Below, in pieces: positions 44,998 through 57,394 of a stretch of DNA of 64,000 nt. The stretch is from Somniosus microcephalus. Taxonomy: Eukaryota. The stretch is taken from the NCBI GenBank assembly GCA_052327205.1, contig JBMRGM010000043.1, positions 31,744,001 to 31,808,000 of the forward strand. Reading direction: 5' to 3'. The notes beneath the pieces are model-generated. The model saw nothing but the letters and a program-made list of their open reading frames with translations. It was not told the DNA's origin and ran no database searches. Both the position numbers and the translations under genes were made by a program. Each line of letters opens with the position of its first letter. Position 1 is the first letter of the stretch.

Positions 44998-45428
44998 GTA
45001 TGTATTTCAATTGGTGATATCCCTCTTTAATATTTATAAATATTACAGATCTGAGAAGTTCTGAATCTGTACTAAATTATACATAGTTCTGTGATTCTGG
45101 AATAATGTGCTCACGTTAGATCATATGATGTTTATCTAACAATGTGCTACTTTACTCGATATTTAACCCAGGGTGGGTCTCCTCCCATGCCAGCACCAGC
45201 AGATTTCCTTCTCCTGCCTCCCCACCTCGGAGGTGAATTTGTCGGCTTCTCCCATTACCACCCTGTCACATCTAGAGGCTGACAGAGAGTTTTCTCCCAG
45301 GAAATCGAAATATGAAGCTGCCTCTCTTCCTTAATTACCACGGTGTGGAGATGCCGGTGTTGGACTGGGGTGTACAAATGTAAGAAGTCTCACAACACCA
45401 GGCTATAGTCCAAAAGTTTTATTTGAAA

Positions 45429-45465
45429 CCACAAGCATTCGGAGCGCTGCTCCTTCGTCAGGTGA
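45429..45465 (-). ncRNA. Mutated hammerhead copy in the inverted arm
   Basis: Reverse complement reads tcacctgacgaaggagcagcgctccgaatgcttgtgg (GAAA changed to GAAT). Confidence 0.65.
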
Positions 45466-46838
45466 AGTGGAGAGATGCCTATAGACACAGATTATATAGT
45501 CAGTGAATAATGCCAGATGATTACAGGTAATCTTTCTAACTGCCATTTATCACACCTCGGCAGAGAGATAATCACAGCAATCAAAGGTGTGAATGGTGTC
45601 CAAACAGGTCAGTCAGGAAAACATTACATCGAAGAACAATGAGGTGGGGTCACAAGGGCTAATATGTTGCAGATGCTGGGGTCTGTAAGAAAAACAAAAA
45701 GCAGACAAAAACATTTTCTTTGCTGGAAATCACAGCAGGTCCGGCCGCACCTGTGTAGAGAGAACAAGCCAACGACGACTCGAGTCTGGAAGACCCTACA
45801 TCAGGTGCGGTTACATGTAGCGTGACATGATCCCGAGATCCCGGTTGAGGCCCTACTCATGAGTTAGGAACTTGGCTATCAGTTTCTGCTCTACCATTTT
45901 GCATTGTCGTGTGTCTCGAAGGCCGCCTTGGAGAATGCTTACGTGAAGATCGGAGGCTGAATGTCCTTGAGCACATCGCTAAGTCCATCTCCACGCCTCC
46001 ACTACTCACCTTCTAACAGCTGCCTAACCTCAAACAGACCATTGTTCGCAGCTTTCAGGAGATCAGCGACCATGACACCACACAACTCTGCCATGGCAAC
46101 CTTTCCAACACATGCCAGATCATCAACACAGATACCATCATCACACGTGAGGACACCACCCACCAGGTACATGGTACATACTCATGTGACTCGGCCAACG
46201 TTGTCTACCTCATACGTTGCAGGAAAGGATGCCCCGGAGCATGTTACATTGGCGAGACAATGCAGAAACTGCGACAACGGATGAACGCACACCACGCAAC
46301 AATCGCCAGGCAGGAGTGTTCCCTCCCAGTCAGGGAACACTTCAGCAGTCAAGGACATTCGGCCTCCGATCTTCGGGTAAGCATTCTCCAAGGCGGCCTT
46401 CCAGACACATGACAATGCAAAATCATACAGCAGAAACTGACAGCCAAGTTCCGCACTCATGAGGACGGCCTCAACCGGGATCTTGGGTTCATGTCACGCT
46501 ACATGTAATCCCACCTGACGAAGGGTCATCCAGACTCGAGTCCTCGTTGGCTTGTTCTCTGTACACAGATGCGGCAGGACCTGCTGTGATTTCCAGCAAA
46601 GAAAATGTTTTTTTCTGTTTTTTGTTTTTCATACAGACCCCAGCATCTGCAACATTTTACCCCTTGTGACCCCACCTCATTGTTCTTTGATGTAATGTTT
46701 TCCTGACTGACCTGTTTGGACACCATTCACACCTTTCATTGCTGTGATTATCTCTCTGCCGAGGTGTGATAAATGGCAGTTAGAAAGATTACCTGTAATC
46801 ATCTGGCATCATTCTATGTGTATAGGCATCTCTCCACT

Positions 46839-46875
46839 TCACCTGACGAAGGAGCAGCGCTCCGAAAGCTTGTGA
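46839..46875 (+). ncRNA. Minimal type I hammerhead ribozyme (Penelope-type)
   Basis: TCAC-CTGACGA-A-GGAGC agc GCTCC-GAAA-GC-T-T-GTGA: stem I TCAC/GTGA, 5-bp stem II, palindromic AGCT stem III. Confidence 0.8.
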
Positions 46876-47493
46876 TTTCGAATAAAACTGTTGGACTATA
46901 ACCTGGTGTTGTGTGACTTCCAAATAACCACGATGAGGAGTTAACAAAAAGTACCAGCAGGTCCACGTGAGCCCCTGAAACTTCAGTGGTGGGTCCGCTG
47001 ATGGACTTTGTGGAAGGATAGAATAAGCAGTGAGCTCCTCTCCACTCTGTTTTGCTATTTTCACTTACGTGTTTGACGTAAGCTTAGAGACAGACTCCTA
47101 ATAAACTATGGGAGCAGATTCCCTTGGATGTCCTTGTCATCACAGCGGGTGATTTGTATCATCACTGATCCATCGCCCTGGCCATGAGAATCCAGATTCT
47201 TTGTAATTTCAGATGGTGACAGCTGAGCTGGGGGCTGGCTGGGGACAGAGCGATGTAGCTGTGAACATTTGTGGAGTTCACCCTGGTCATAGTAGATAGT
47301 GAGACACAGCAGGGTATGGCTAAAAGAGAAAAGAACTATGGGAGAATTCCTGCTGAAACATATGTCTTGTCCTGTTTGGGATTCCAGTTTCAGCACAATA
47401 TATTAAGCAGATTAACTTCTCTGCAAACAACGCAGCGAGAGGAATTCCATAACAATATGGTAATGCTTCCTGCTCCATTGTTCCACAATACAG

Positions 47494-47588
47494 CTGCTGG
47501 TTACCATTTATTGCAGACGCCCCTCGTGGCGATTCTCGGTATTGCCTTGCTCCTGGTAATAAGCTCTGCTCTTTGTTCAACTCAGTGA
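47494..47588 (+). CDS. Candidate alternative terminal exon (GPI-signal/TM-like), gene B
   Basis: cttcctgctccattgttccacaatacag| acceptor in phase 1; AAGYHLLQTPLVAILGIALLLVISSALCSTQ-stop. Confidence 0.55.
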
Positions 47589-47628
47589 TCGGAACTGTGA
47601 CCTGTCAATCCAGATTCTGTTTTCACAG

Positions 47629-47904
47629 AACTCTTCTCCAAACCTAAACTGAGGACTGACCCTGCTGGTGAAATATTTGAGGGACACCAGTTAGTATTCA
47701 TCTGTATTATTGAAACAATGCCGGACAGTATTGAGCTTCAATACTCATTTTACAAAAATGGCAAAGCTCTGATATTGACTTCATACAACAACTTTAAGCT
47801 TACAGAGACAGCTTCTTTGAAAGACTCGGGGGCTTACCTGTGTGAAGCAAATGTTTCCTACCACGGTGTGAAAAAGAGTGATGAGGTTTCCATTGAGGTT
47901 AAAG
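47629..47904 (+). CDS. Gene B Ig domain 4 exon (FcR D3-type, intact)
   Basis: ELFSKPKL..FEGHQLVFIC..LQYSFYKNG..DSGAYLCEA..VKKSDEVSIEVK; 276 nt. Confidence 0.88.
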
Positions 47905-49216
47905 GTAATTACAGCCAGCTGTAATTATTGTTCATCTTTGATTTAATGGGGCTTATAGTTAAATAAACATACGGGAGGGATCCAGTCTGGTAAAGGATTT
48001 ACCCACATGTTTATCACGTAATAACTCAATTTTGAATGCAACATGTTTAAATCATAGCGCCATCTGGTTATTAGACTATCCATACATTTGCTGAAAAACG
48101 AATTTGTAAAAGCTGCAACGTTTGAGGACCAGTGCCCACTCCCAGTGGGTAATATAAGCTGCTTGCAATAGTGTGGAATTGGGCGCTATTCAATTTACCT
48201 CCCATTATATGTCCAGTCCGTTTTTGCCTCCATTAATTTTCAATGGACGGGAAAATCATGCGTAGTGTAGAATTGGTGCAAATTCCGGTATCATACGTTT
48301 TAACCCATGGCCCAAAGCTAAAGTTACCACCTCTGTTTCTGTTTGGCAGATTCAGCAGCGGGCAGAACCTGGTCAGGAACAGCAGGGTGATTAACCAGAC
48401 AATGCCTTACCACTTACTAGCCCCGGAAATCTTTTATAGTTGAAAACTCGGGGGTAAAGTTTAACATTGAGAGCGCTAAATTCGATCGGCAGAAAATGGA
48501 ATTGAAATTGGCCTCTGTTTGTAAAGGGTGACCAATCTGCTCCACCGGTTTTGCACCCCAGACAACTTGAATTTTCACCCCCTCCAATTTCAGTAGAGGT
48601 GGCGGCAAAACGCCCGAGGTCACTAAAGTCTGTGCCTCTGATGCCCGGGGATTCCTTCCCACTCCGTTAGATCCGGCCAATCATAACTCTAGCTTCGCAT
48701 TTTCCACGCAGCAGGCAATCTGAACACAAGGTGGGAGTTATCAATCCTGTGTCGGCTGTGTATTTCAGAAATATTGTATTGTCAGTAGCTGAGCGTTTAA
48801 CATGAATGTCCTAAAATTTGCAGGTGCTGCAACAATGATCAAGGTTATTTCAGTATTTAAGACCGGGTAGTAAAGCATCGCCTGGGCGGAGAGCTGTGTT
48901 CAAATGGTGGAGTGGTGGGGGATAATCTCAAAGGACTCGCAGGATGGTTCTTCCATTCATTTCAATGGAAGGGTTAACTGGTTCCCCAATCTAGCCACGA
49001 CAGATTGTTCAGATCTCAGGTGATAACTGTGTCAATGTCCCAAACTGCATATTCCCGTAGCAGAGCGCAATCAAGGATTATTGAAAGCCTCTTTCTCTGA
49101 GCCGCTGTCGGCGTTTCATTGTTCTGCTCATTAACATGAGTTGTCCAAACACATAAATTGTTAAGTCTGTGATGGATGTGGAAACCGGAAAATCCACATG
49201 TCATTCTATTTTATAG

Positions 49217-49495
49217 AGGTCTTCTCCATACCGACAGTGAGGGCTGAGTCTGGAACTCAATTATTTGAGGGCCAACAGTTAAATCTCATCTGTTTTGTTA
49301 AAATATTTCGATCCAATACTTCCTTGAGACTCATATTTTACAAGGATGGACAATCTCTCACTTCAGCGGCAGACCACAACTATTACATCAAGGAAACATC
49401 CCTGCCGGACGATTCGGGGATTTACCAGTGTGAAGCAATTGATTTGAACAGTGCTCAGTTTCTTTAGCTCAATCAGGTTTCCGTTTCAGTCGGAC
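49217..49495 (+). pseudogene. Gene B Ig exon with a premature stop created by an 18-bp inversion
   Basis: Paralog of 18580-18858; TAG at 49465-49467 inside the inverted segment 49453-49470. Confidence 0.9.
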
Positions 49496-49887
49496 GTGAG
49501 TAAAATTTAAGATAATTGTTTATCACTTTTAAAGAGAACATGAACATCATAGAAAACGGGCGGCTCTGATTCAACATATCACCAGGGAAGTAAAATTGTT
49601 TTCTCCAGGATAGACTTGAGGTACTGGGACTAACACTACCGGATTAGCCATGGCTAAGGATTATTTAATTAGTGTTTTTTACATGCCAATTGCGAGATAG
49701 GGCGATTCTGGAAATGTATTCTCTCTGATTGCAAAGACAGGAAGGAGGGATCAGTAATATTTAATTATCATTAAATCGGGAAGGTAGCACTTTGAAGTAC
49801 GTTCTTTACATAGACGAGTGCTGGAACATAGAATGATTTGCCAGGTGGAGCGGTGGAGTTAGTTACCATAGAATTAATGTAGAGTAG

Positions 49888-50113
49888 TGTGGTAAACCAC
49901 TGTTTGTATACTGTTTGCATTCCATTGTGTACATGCCTGGACATGCCTCGGCTGACTCCTCCCACAAGTCCTAGTATAAAGGTGGCTGCTCCCCAGCCCT
50001 TTGTATTTCTGGACCGGTCGACCACTCGAGGCAGACCTCCATTCTTTTGTTAATAAAAGCCTTTAGTTACTCTCCTAACTCTCAGTCTTTTATGAGTAAT
50101 TGATAGCGCATCA
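49888..50113 (+). mobile_element. Solo LTR (226 bp)
   Basis: TG...CA; 5-bp TSD AGTAG (49883-49887, 50114-50118); TATAAA at 49975 and AATAAA at 50052; absent at the paralogous site ~19450. Confidence 0.88.
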
Positions 50114-50721
50114 AGTAGTTTTTATGGTACTGGAATAGTGCATTGCTCCTGCCTTTCAATAGCAATGAGAAGGGAAACTGGGTGTGGTGTATGATGAGCG
50201 GATAATTCCACGCGCTGCATTTCACACCATCTTGTAAAATTCAAAATACCCTCCGAGTTGTTCAGCATGAAACTCAGTGCAAGTTGTACTGTTGGCTCAT
50301 TGTCACCACCACAATGATGCCGGTGACAAAGGAACGCTGCACATGATTGTTTCAGTGCATGAACGAACCTACCAGAAACAATTATCTTGTTTGGTAGCGC
50401 AAAAATATTACCGTCCACTTGCTATATTCCTCGTTTGATATACAGTCCTGTTGAAGACTTTCAATTTTGGAAGAAATCCTACTCTTTGGAGTTATGTGCA
50501 GAAACTTTAGGTAGAACGAATATTCGATATCAGTGACGGTACATCGCAAGGGCAAATCTGAACTAAATATATTCGCCAATGCATTTGCAGCTGATCAGCA
50601 ATTCTTGATTTATTTATTTATCTGATTTAATCTAAGTTAGTACTCAATATAGGCTTCAATTTTGAATTGTAACTTGCAGAATTAATTCTCTACATCTTTA
50701 ATCTTGTTTGCTTTCGTCTAG

Positions 50722-51024
50722 TGCCTGTAGCTTGTGCTTCTCTCACTTCCAATACAAACAAAACGGAGATTTCAGCGGGGGACCGTCTCGTTCTCCAGTG
50801 CCTGGTGATGAGAGGCACTGTACCACTTTTCCGCTGGTACCTGAACAACCAACTGTTAGAAAACACCAGCGATTCTTAACACTTCAACACGGACGGGAGT
50901 GAACTCATCATCAATTCATTCCAGAAAGGGCATGGAGGGCGCTATCACTGTGTAGCGACCAACAGAGGGATGTATGAAAGGATTTTTAATACAACCAGCA
51001 ATTATATCGATGTCACTGCACCAG
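50722..51024 (+). pseudogene. Gene B Ig exon with a nonsense mutation
   Basis: Paralog of 21684-21986; TAT changed to TAA at 50877-50879. Confidence 0.9.
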
Positions 51025-52344
51025 GTAACTGATTCATTGTGCTTGATATGAATATATCAATAACTTTTCTTTCGGCAAAACAAACAGTATATTGAATTCG
51101 CATGATTTATGCCTCAGAGGACACATCACAACGCAGGTGAACATTTATAAGTTGAACTTATAGATAAGAAATTGAATATTATAAGGGAAAATGTCTCTGA
51201 AATAAACTAGCAGCATTTCCCAAGTGCGTTTTATTACTTGAAATGGACAGGGGAACTACAAGAGCCTTGGAGAGAAAGTGAGAGTGTGAGAGATTGGAAG
51301 GGAAAAGAAAGCCCTGTCTGAAAATAATGGTCCTGTGAAGGTCTTTGAAGCAGGATGTAGTAGAGATGGAAAGAGGATTAATGAGGTGGTTTAGGAGCGT
51401 TGAGCCAAAGCACTTTCACTAATGGTGTGACGAAGTAAGCGGATAAGTCGAATCGGCCAGAAACAATTGGCTGAATGGTTTAAAGACAGAGAAAAATGTG
51501 GACGAGATTTGTCTGAACCATGCTGAATATGAGGAGCAGTGGTTTAAATTTGATGCCTTGAAGGACAGGGAGCTCGATGGACAAAATGTCGAGCAGCTTT
51601 TATTGTGGCACAGGAAAGTTTGGATTAGTTGGAGATTGTGGAAGGCCGGGCTTGGAACCGAGAAAGGAACGCATTGAAGTCAATGAGGCGAGAGCTGAAC
51701 AATCCATGGATCAGTGGTTCAGGAGTACTAAATGGGGGAGGGAGGAAATCATTTCTATGCAGCTGTTAATATGTCAGAACCTCCTCTGCAAAGCGAATTC
51801 GTTGCGGTTGCAGTGATAGGCGAGTTATTATAAGTATCCCTGTGGCAGAACGCAACAAGTGACGCAAAGACAGATCACCCTGCTTGTGCCGTAAGCTTGG
51901 ATGGTGTAACATCTTCTTTGACATCCATCTGTGTGAAGGGAGGCCCTGGTGACACAGGTGAATGACAAAAAAGTACAAGGAATGTAATTTTAACGCATCA
52001 AGTTTTTGATTCTGAAAACCAGTACAGTTACTTGTCTGTTTAACTTAATAGAACGCTTTGTATAAATGCCAAATAGGGTGAATTTATGCAGATAGGTTAA
52101 TGCTTCAAATCTTAATACCACAAGCAGTCATTTCTGGGCTATAGATTTTAGACTATAATTTGTCGACAGTCGTTGCTAATGTTCTTCAGCTCAAATAGAA
52201 TATATAGGTTCGAGACAATTAATTTTGTTCGATTGGCATCTGTGGAGCACTCGGTCTGCTGTCTCGAGTTATGTTGAAGGCTTCACCCTGATGGCTAATA
52301 TTAACTTTGGGAGAGGTGTAACATGAGTTATATCGATTTCATAG

Positions 52345-52710
52345 AATCATAGAGACTGACAGCACAGGAGGAGGCCATTCGGCCCGTCGTACCTGTGCTG
52401 GCTCTTACAAAGAGCAGTCGTCGTGCTGAGCCCCACACCCCCCGCATTTTGTCCATTACCCTCTAAATTCCTCATCCTCAAGTAGCTGCCCGAGTCACGT
52501 ATAAAATTATTGATGGAATGGGCTTCAACCACCTTTGCAGGCGGAGCAATCCAGATCCAGACAATGCACTGAGGTAAAAAAAAGATCATCTCATCTCCCC
52601 TCTAAATCGTTTGCCAATGCTTTTGAATCTATGACCTCTGATTATTGACCCACTCGCCAGAGGGAATAGTATTTTTCTATCTACTCGATCAAAACCTCTC
52701 AAAATCTTGC
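52345..52710 (-). mobile_element. CR1 3' fragment
   Basis: FFLPQCIVWIWIAPPAKVVEA remnant; catagaatcataga tail. Confidence 0.75.
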
Positions 52711-53281
52711 AATGGCCTCTCATTGTAAACCCCTCCTGTTATTTCCTTCCTAGTTTATGACTAGCGGATAATTCGACAAGGTGCATTTCCAAACCATCCT
52801 GCCAATTTCACGTTACCCCCTGATGATATAACATGCGCCCAGTGCGATGTCGCCCTTTTATGCTTCCATCCCAGACAGATTTATAAGCTCATGTCCAGAC
52901 ACGTTAGTTAGAACTGATATTCAGAAGGTTAGAACTAACCTATTCAATGGCAACTGGGGATGGGGAACAAATGCTGATCTTGCCAGCGACTCCCAAATCC
53001 TGTGAATGAATAAAAGGTCGACCTCACTGATGGTACGACACAAGGACAATTCGGAATGAACTGTTTTCACCAATGCATTTACAGCTTACCTGAGATTTGA
53101 GTTTGAACCTGAACTTGCTGAATTAATTCCTGGGAACGGAATTAGGGAAGCAGTTTAGGAGAGTAGGGCCAGAGTGGATAACAGATTCATTTGAATCAGT
53201 CGGAGTTTCTCGAGGTTTGGATTGGGGACCCAGAAAGGAAGGAATTCTAAAAATCAAATTTAGAGCTGCAAAATCAAAAAG

Positions 53282-56065
53282 AATATAAGGAATAAGAGCT
53301 GGAGTCGGACATTTGGCCCTTCGAGCCTGCTCCACCATTCAACAAGATCTTGGCAGATATTCTACCTCAACTCCATCTTCCCGCACTATCCCCATTTTTA
53401 GAATTCCCTTAGGCCCAAAAATGTATCGACCTCTGTCTTGAATGTGCTCAACAACTGAGCCTCTACAGCTTTCTGGGGTAGAGAATTCCAAAAGATTCAC
53501 AAACCTTTGAGTGAAGAAATTTCTCCTCCTCTCAGTCCTAAATGGCCGACCCCGTATTCTGAGCCACTGACTCCGTGTTCTAGATTCCCCAGACAGGGGA
53601 AACATTTTATCAACAGTAAACCTGTTAACCCCCTTAAGAATGTTATATGTTTCATTTGGATCTGCTCTCATTCTTCTAAACGCTAGCGAATATATGCCTA
53701 GTCTACTCAATTTCTCCTCATAGGGCAATCCCCTCATCACAGGAACCAGTCCACTGATGCTGCATTGCCCTCTCTTAAGGCAAATATATCCTTCCTTAGA
53801 TAAGGAGACCAAAACTGCACACCGTACTCCAGGTGTGGCCTCACCAATGCCCTGTATAACTGTAGTAACAATTCTTTACTCTTATACACTAATCCCGTTT
53901 TTAACAAAAGGTAACATTCCATTTGCTTTTCTAATTGCTTGCTGTACCTGCATGTTAATTTACTGTGATTCATGTACAGGGAAACTCAGGTTCCTCTGAA
54001 AGCAAATAATTCCTAGAATCTCAACATTAAACAAAAATCTGCTTTTTTTTCCCTACCAAAGTGGATACATTCAGACTTCCCCACACTGTATTGCATTTGC
54101 CATGTGCTTGCCCACTCAATCAATTTGTCTATATCTCTCAGCAGCATCTTTGCGTCTTCATCGCAACTGACTCTCCCACCTAATTTTGTATCATAAGCAA
54201 ACCTGGATAGGATACACTCTGTCCCTTCATCAAAGTGATTAATATAGGTTGTAAATAGCTGCGGCCCAAGCAACTACCCTTGCGATACCCCATTAGTTAC
54301 AGCTTGTCAACCCGAAAAATTCTCATTTTTTCCCACTCACTGTTTCTTTACATTATCCAATCCTCAATCCATGCGAATATATTTCCCACAACGCCATGAG
54401 TCCTAATTTTGTTTAATAACGTCTTGTTTGGCACCTTATCAAATGCTTTTTGTAAATCCAAATACATTGCATCCACTGGTTCCCCCTTATCCATCCTACT
54501 AGTGAGATCTTCAAAAAACTCTGGCAGATTTGTCAAACACGATTTCCCTTTTCTGAACCCATGTTTACTCTGCCTAATCATATTACAATTTTCTAAGTGC
54601 CTTGTTAACACGCCGCAATAACAGATTCTAGCACTTTGCCTACTACTGATGTCAGGCTAACTGGCATATAATTCCCAATCTTTTCTCTTCCTTCTTTCTT
54701 AGGTAGTGGGGTTATGTGTGCTACGTTCCAATCCTTGGGGACTGGTCTAGAATCTAGGGAATTCTGAAAGATCAGTACCAGTACATCCTCTATCTCTGCA
54801 GCTACCTCTATTAAAACCATAGGATGCAGGTTTCAGGTCCTGGGGATTTGTCGCCACTCAGTCCCATTAATTTCTACAGTACTATGTCTTTACATATACT
54901 GACTTCTTTAAGTTCGTCATTCTCTCTAGACCCTTGGTTCCCCATTGCTTTCGGAATTTTTTTCTATCTTCCCTAAAAGCCCCTTTACTACAAGTTTAGT
55001 AATTAACCCTTCCTCATTGCACAATACTAGATCTAAAAAACTCTGTTCTGTAGCGGGTTTCTCCACATTATGATTATAAAACTATCATGAACCTGTCCTC
55101 CATACTTTTACTGCAAACTTGGTTTGCCCCATCTATATGTAGATTAAAGTCCCAGATGATAGCTTTATTATCCTCGTTACATTCGCTTCTAATATCCTAA
55201 CTTATACTCTACCCTACTTTACATCTGCTGTCTGGGGGCCTACAAACAAATCCCACAAATGTCTTCTGCCACTTGTTGTATCTTAGCTCCACCCAAACTG
55301 ATTCTACTTCTTAATTTTCCGTGCTAAGATCCTGTCTCTCCACTGTCTTTTTCCCATCCTTTATTATCAGAGCTACCCTGATAACAAGAGCAGTTAAAGA
55401 GAGTATTAGATCATAGGAAGAGGCTTATAATGTTGCTAAACAGAGTAGTAAGCTTGAGGTTTGGGAGGATTTTAGATTTAAGCAAAGGAGGACCAAGAAA
55501 TTGATAAGTAAAGAGCAAAAAAGAATATGAGAGTAAATTAGCAAGAGATATAAAACAGATTGTAAAAGTTTCTATAGTTAGGCAAATAGGAAGAGATTAG
55601 TGAAAGTTAACGTGGGACCATTAGATTCAGAGATTGGAGAAATTATAAATGGCAATAAGGAAATGACAGACACATTAAGCACATATTTTGTGTCTGTCTT
55701 CACTGTAGAAGACACAAAAAACATTCCGGAAATAATGGGGAACCAAAGATCCAGAGAGAATGAGGGACTTAAAAAAATAATTATCACTTAAGACATAGTT
55801 CTGGAGAAATGAAGGTGGTGTTGAGGTAAAAGATCAGCCAGGATCTTTTTGAATGGCCAAATGGACTGCTCCAGCTCTTATTTCTTACATTATTATGTAC
55901 ACCATCCATGTTGCCCATCTCTTCTGAAAGTTAAGTATCCTGTAATATTTAGTTCCCAACCTTGGTCACTGTGCAACCACGTCTGCATAAGTGCTATTAG
56001 ATCGAAACTATTAACTTATCTGCGCTATTAATTGATCTATTTAGTTGTGAATGGATCAGCGCTGC
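53282..56065 (-). mobile_element. CR1 LINE (EN-RT-3' end, degenerate) with a nested + strand CR1 piece at ~55377-55897
   Basis: Minus-strand ORF pieces KHGFRKGKSCLTNL, RFAYDTKLGG, VRPHLEYGVQFWSP; plus-strand piece KVNVGPL..YFVSVFTVED. Confidence 0.9.
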
Positions 56066-56173
56066 GTTATGGTGGCATTGAGGTGGGGCAGGATGGATTC
56101 AATTAATTGCAGGTCTAATATTCATTTTTAATGATGCACATGACATTCATGGGTTATGTTTATATTATTCCAG

Positions 56174-56275
56174 TGCAGGGTCCCACAACCGCGATCAGAG
56201 CCTCAGTTCTTACACTTTCTCTTGTCGCTGCCCTGATTGCACTGGTTCTCGTCAATCTTCCCAACAAGAAACAAG
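56174..56275 (+). pseudogene. Gene B TM exon, splice donor mutated
   Basis: QGPTTAIRASVLTLSLVAALIALVLVNLPNKKQ; caag|ttgagt versus caag|gtgagc in A. Confidence 0.8.
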
Positions 56276-56791
56276 TTGAGTAATGTTTACAGACTGGTGA
56301 CTGGCTCTACAGTCACGTGAAGGGATTCCGTGTATTCCAAGCACAGTTGCCACCTTCAAAATGTAACCATATGATTTGGGATAGATTCGAGTAGTCTGGG
56401 CTGGAGAAAGAAAAATGTAGTTTGCAATGATGAGATCAGAACAGATATGAGCTTAATTCTGGGGTGAACTTGCTCGGTTAACGAAATTGTTTGCCCCTGT
56501 GTGCTGTTCAGAATAGATACGTATCTGGTCGAGGGGCAGAACAATAAGTGACTGCATCACTCGTGGTTAGTGTGAGGAGATGAATTGGCCTAAAGGATTT
56601 GTAATTCAGTATATGGGAACACCTTAAAAGTTTCTGCACGTCTTTTCTGTATTGATGCTGTATTAATAAATCATTGAATGTACGTTTGTAAATATATAGT
56701 ATTGACATGAATGAATATGTTTGCTGTAAAAACAAACCAACTGTGTTTACTGTACAACTTGCTGAATTAGGTCTCTTCCTATTTTATCCAG

Positions 56792-56822
56792 ACAATTCTT
56801 CAAAATTTTCACAACAGCTGGG
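56792..56822 (+). pseudogene. Gene B cytoplasmic exon 1 remnant
   Basis: DNSSKFSQQLG; splice sites intact. Confidence 0.75.
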
Positions 56823-57394
56823 GTAAGTCCACGAATGTGTTATATCAATAAGGCGTAGTAATATCCCTGAATATATTCAGTCTCTGTATAGCTGAATTAA
56901 ACACTGTTAATGTTTTTGGGGTAGATTTTGAATTTGAATTGAGCTTAAGTCCGCCATTACGGATCAACTGCCTGTTATAGAAATCGTCCCATTTTATTTC
57001 ATTTGAGTTCAATGGGATTGAATAACATTTGCTTTCTACAACTGCTGTCGGTTCCACGATGCCACTTTTAAGCCCGGGCAGCAAGCTGAAAATATGCCCC
57101 TTTGATTATGGGGCTCATCAGTAGCTCGCACTCACGCTATTATACTCTCAGCAGTCTATAAGATTTGATCATTTTCTAATTTATGTCCGTTGTAGCTGGA
57201 CTTCCTAACTTAAATAACGTGAAATTCACCCTGCGTGGTACAGTAAAAGGGATGATTACAAATCGTTTTACAGTCCGCACGATATTAAATTCCACTGACT
57301 TGTAAACGAATTTTGGGTGGATTGTAAAAACCGTCGGATATTCTCTGCGCACTGCTCTCCACCATCGTCCAAGAAGGCTTTAAAAACATGAGAA

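Larger units (their letters stand above)
45343..46922 (+). mobile_element. 5'-truncated Penelope-like retroelement with inverted pseudo-LTR arms
   Basis: GIY-YIG remnant at ~45971-46508 (SCDSANVVYLIRCRKGCPGACYIGET..HFS..GLNRD); ~580-bp inverted arms at 45384-45970 and 46349-46920; similar flanks aattaccacg / aataaccacg. Confidence 0.92.
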
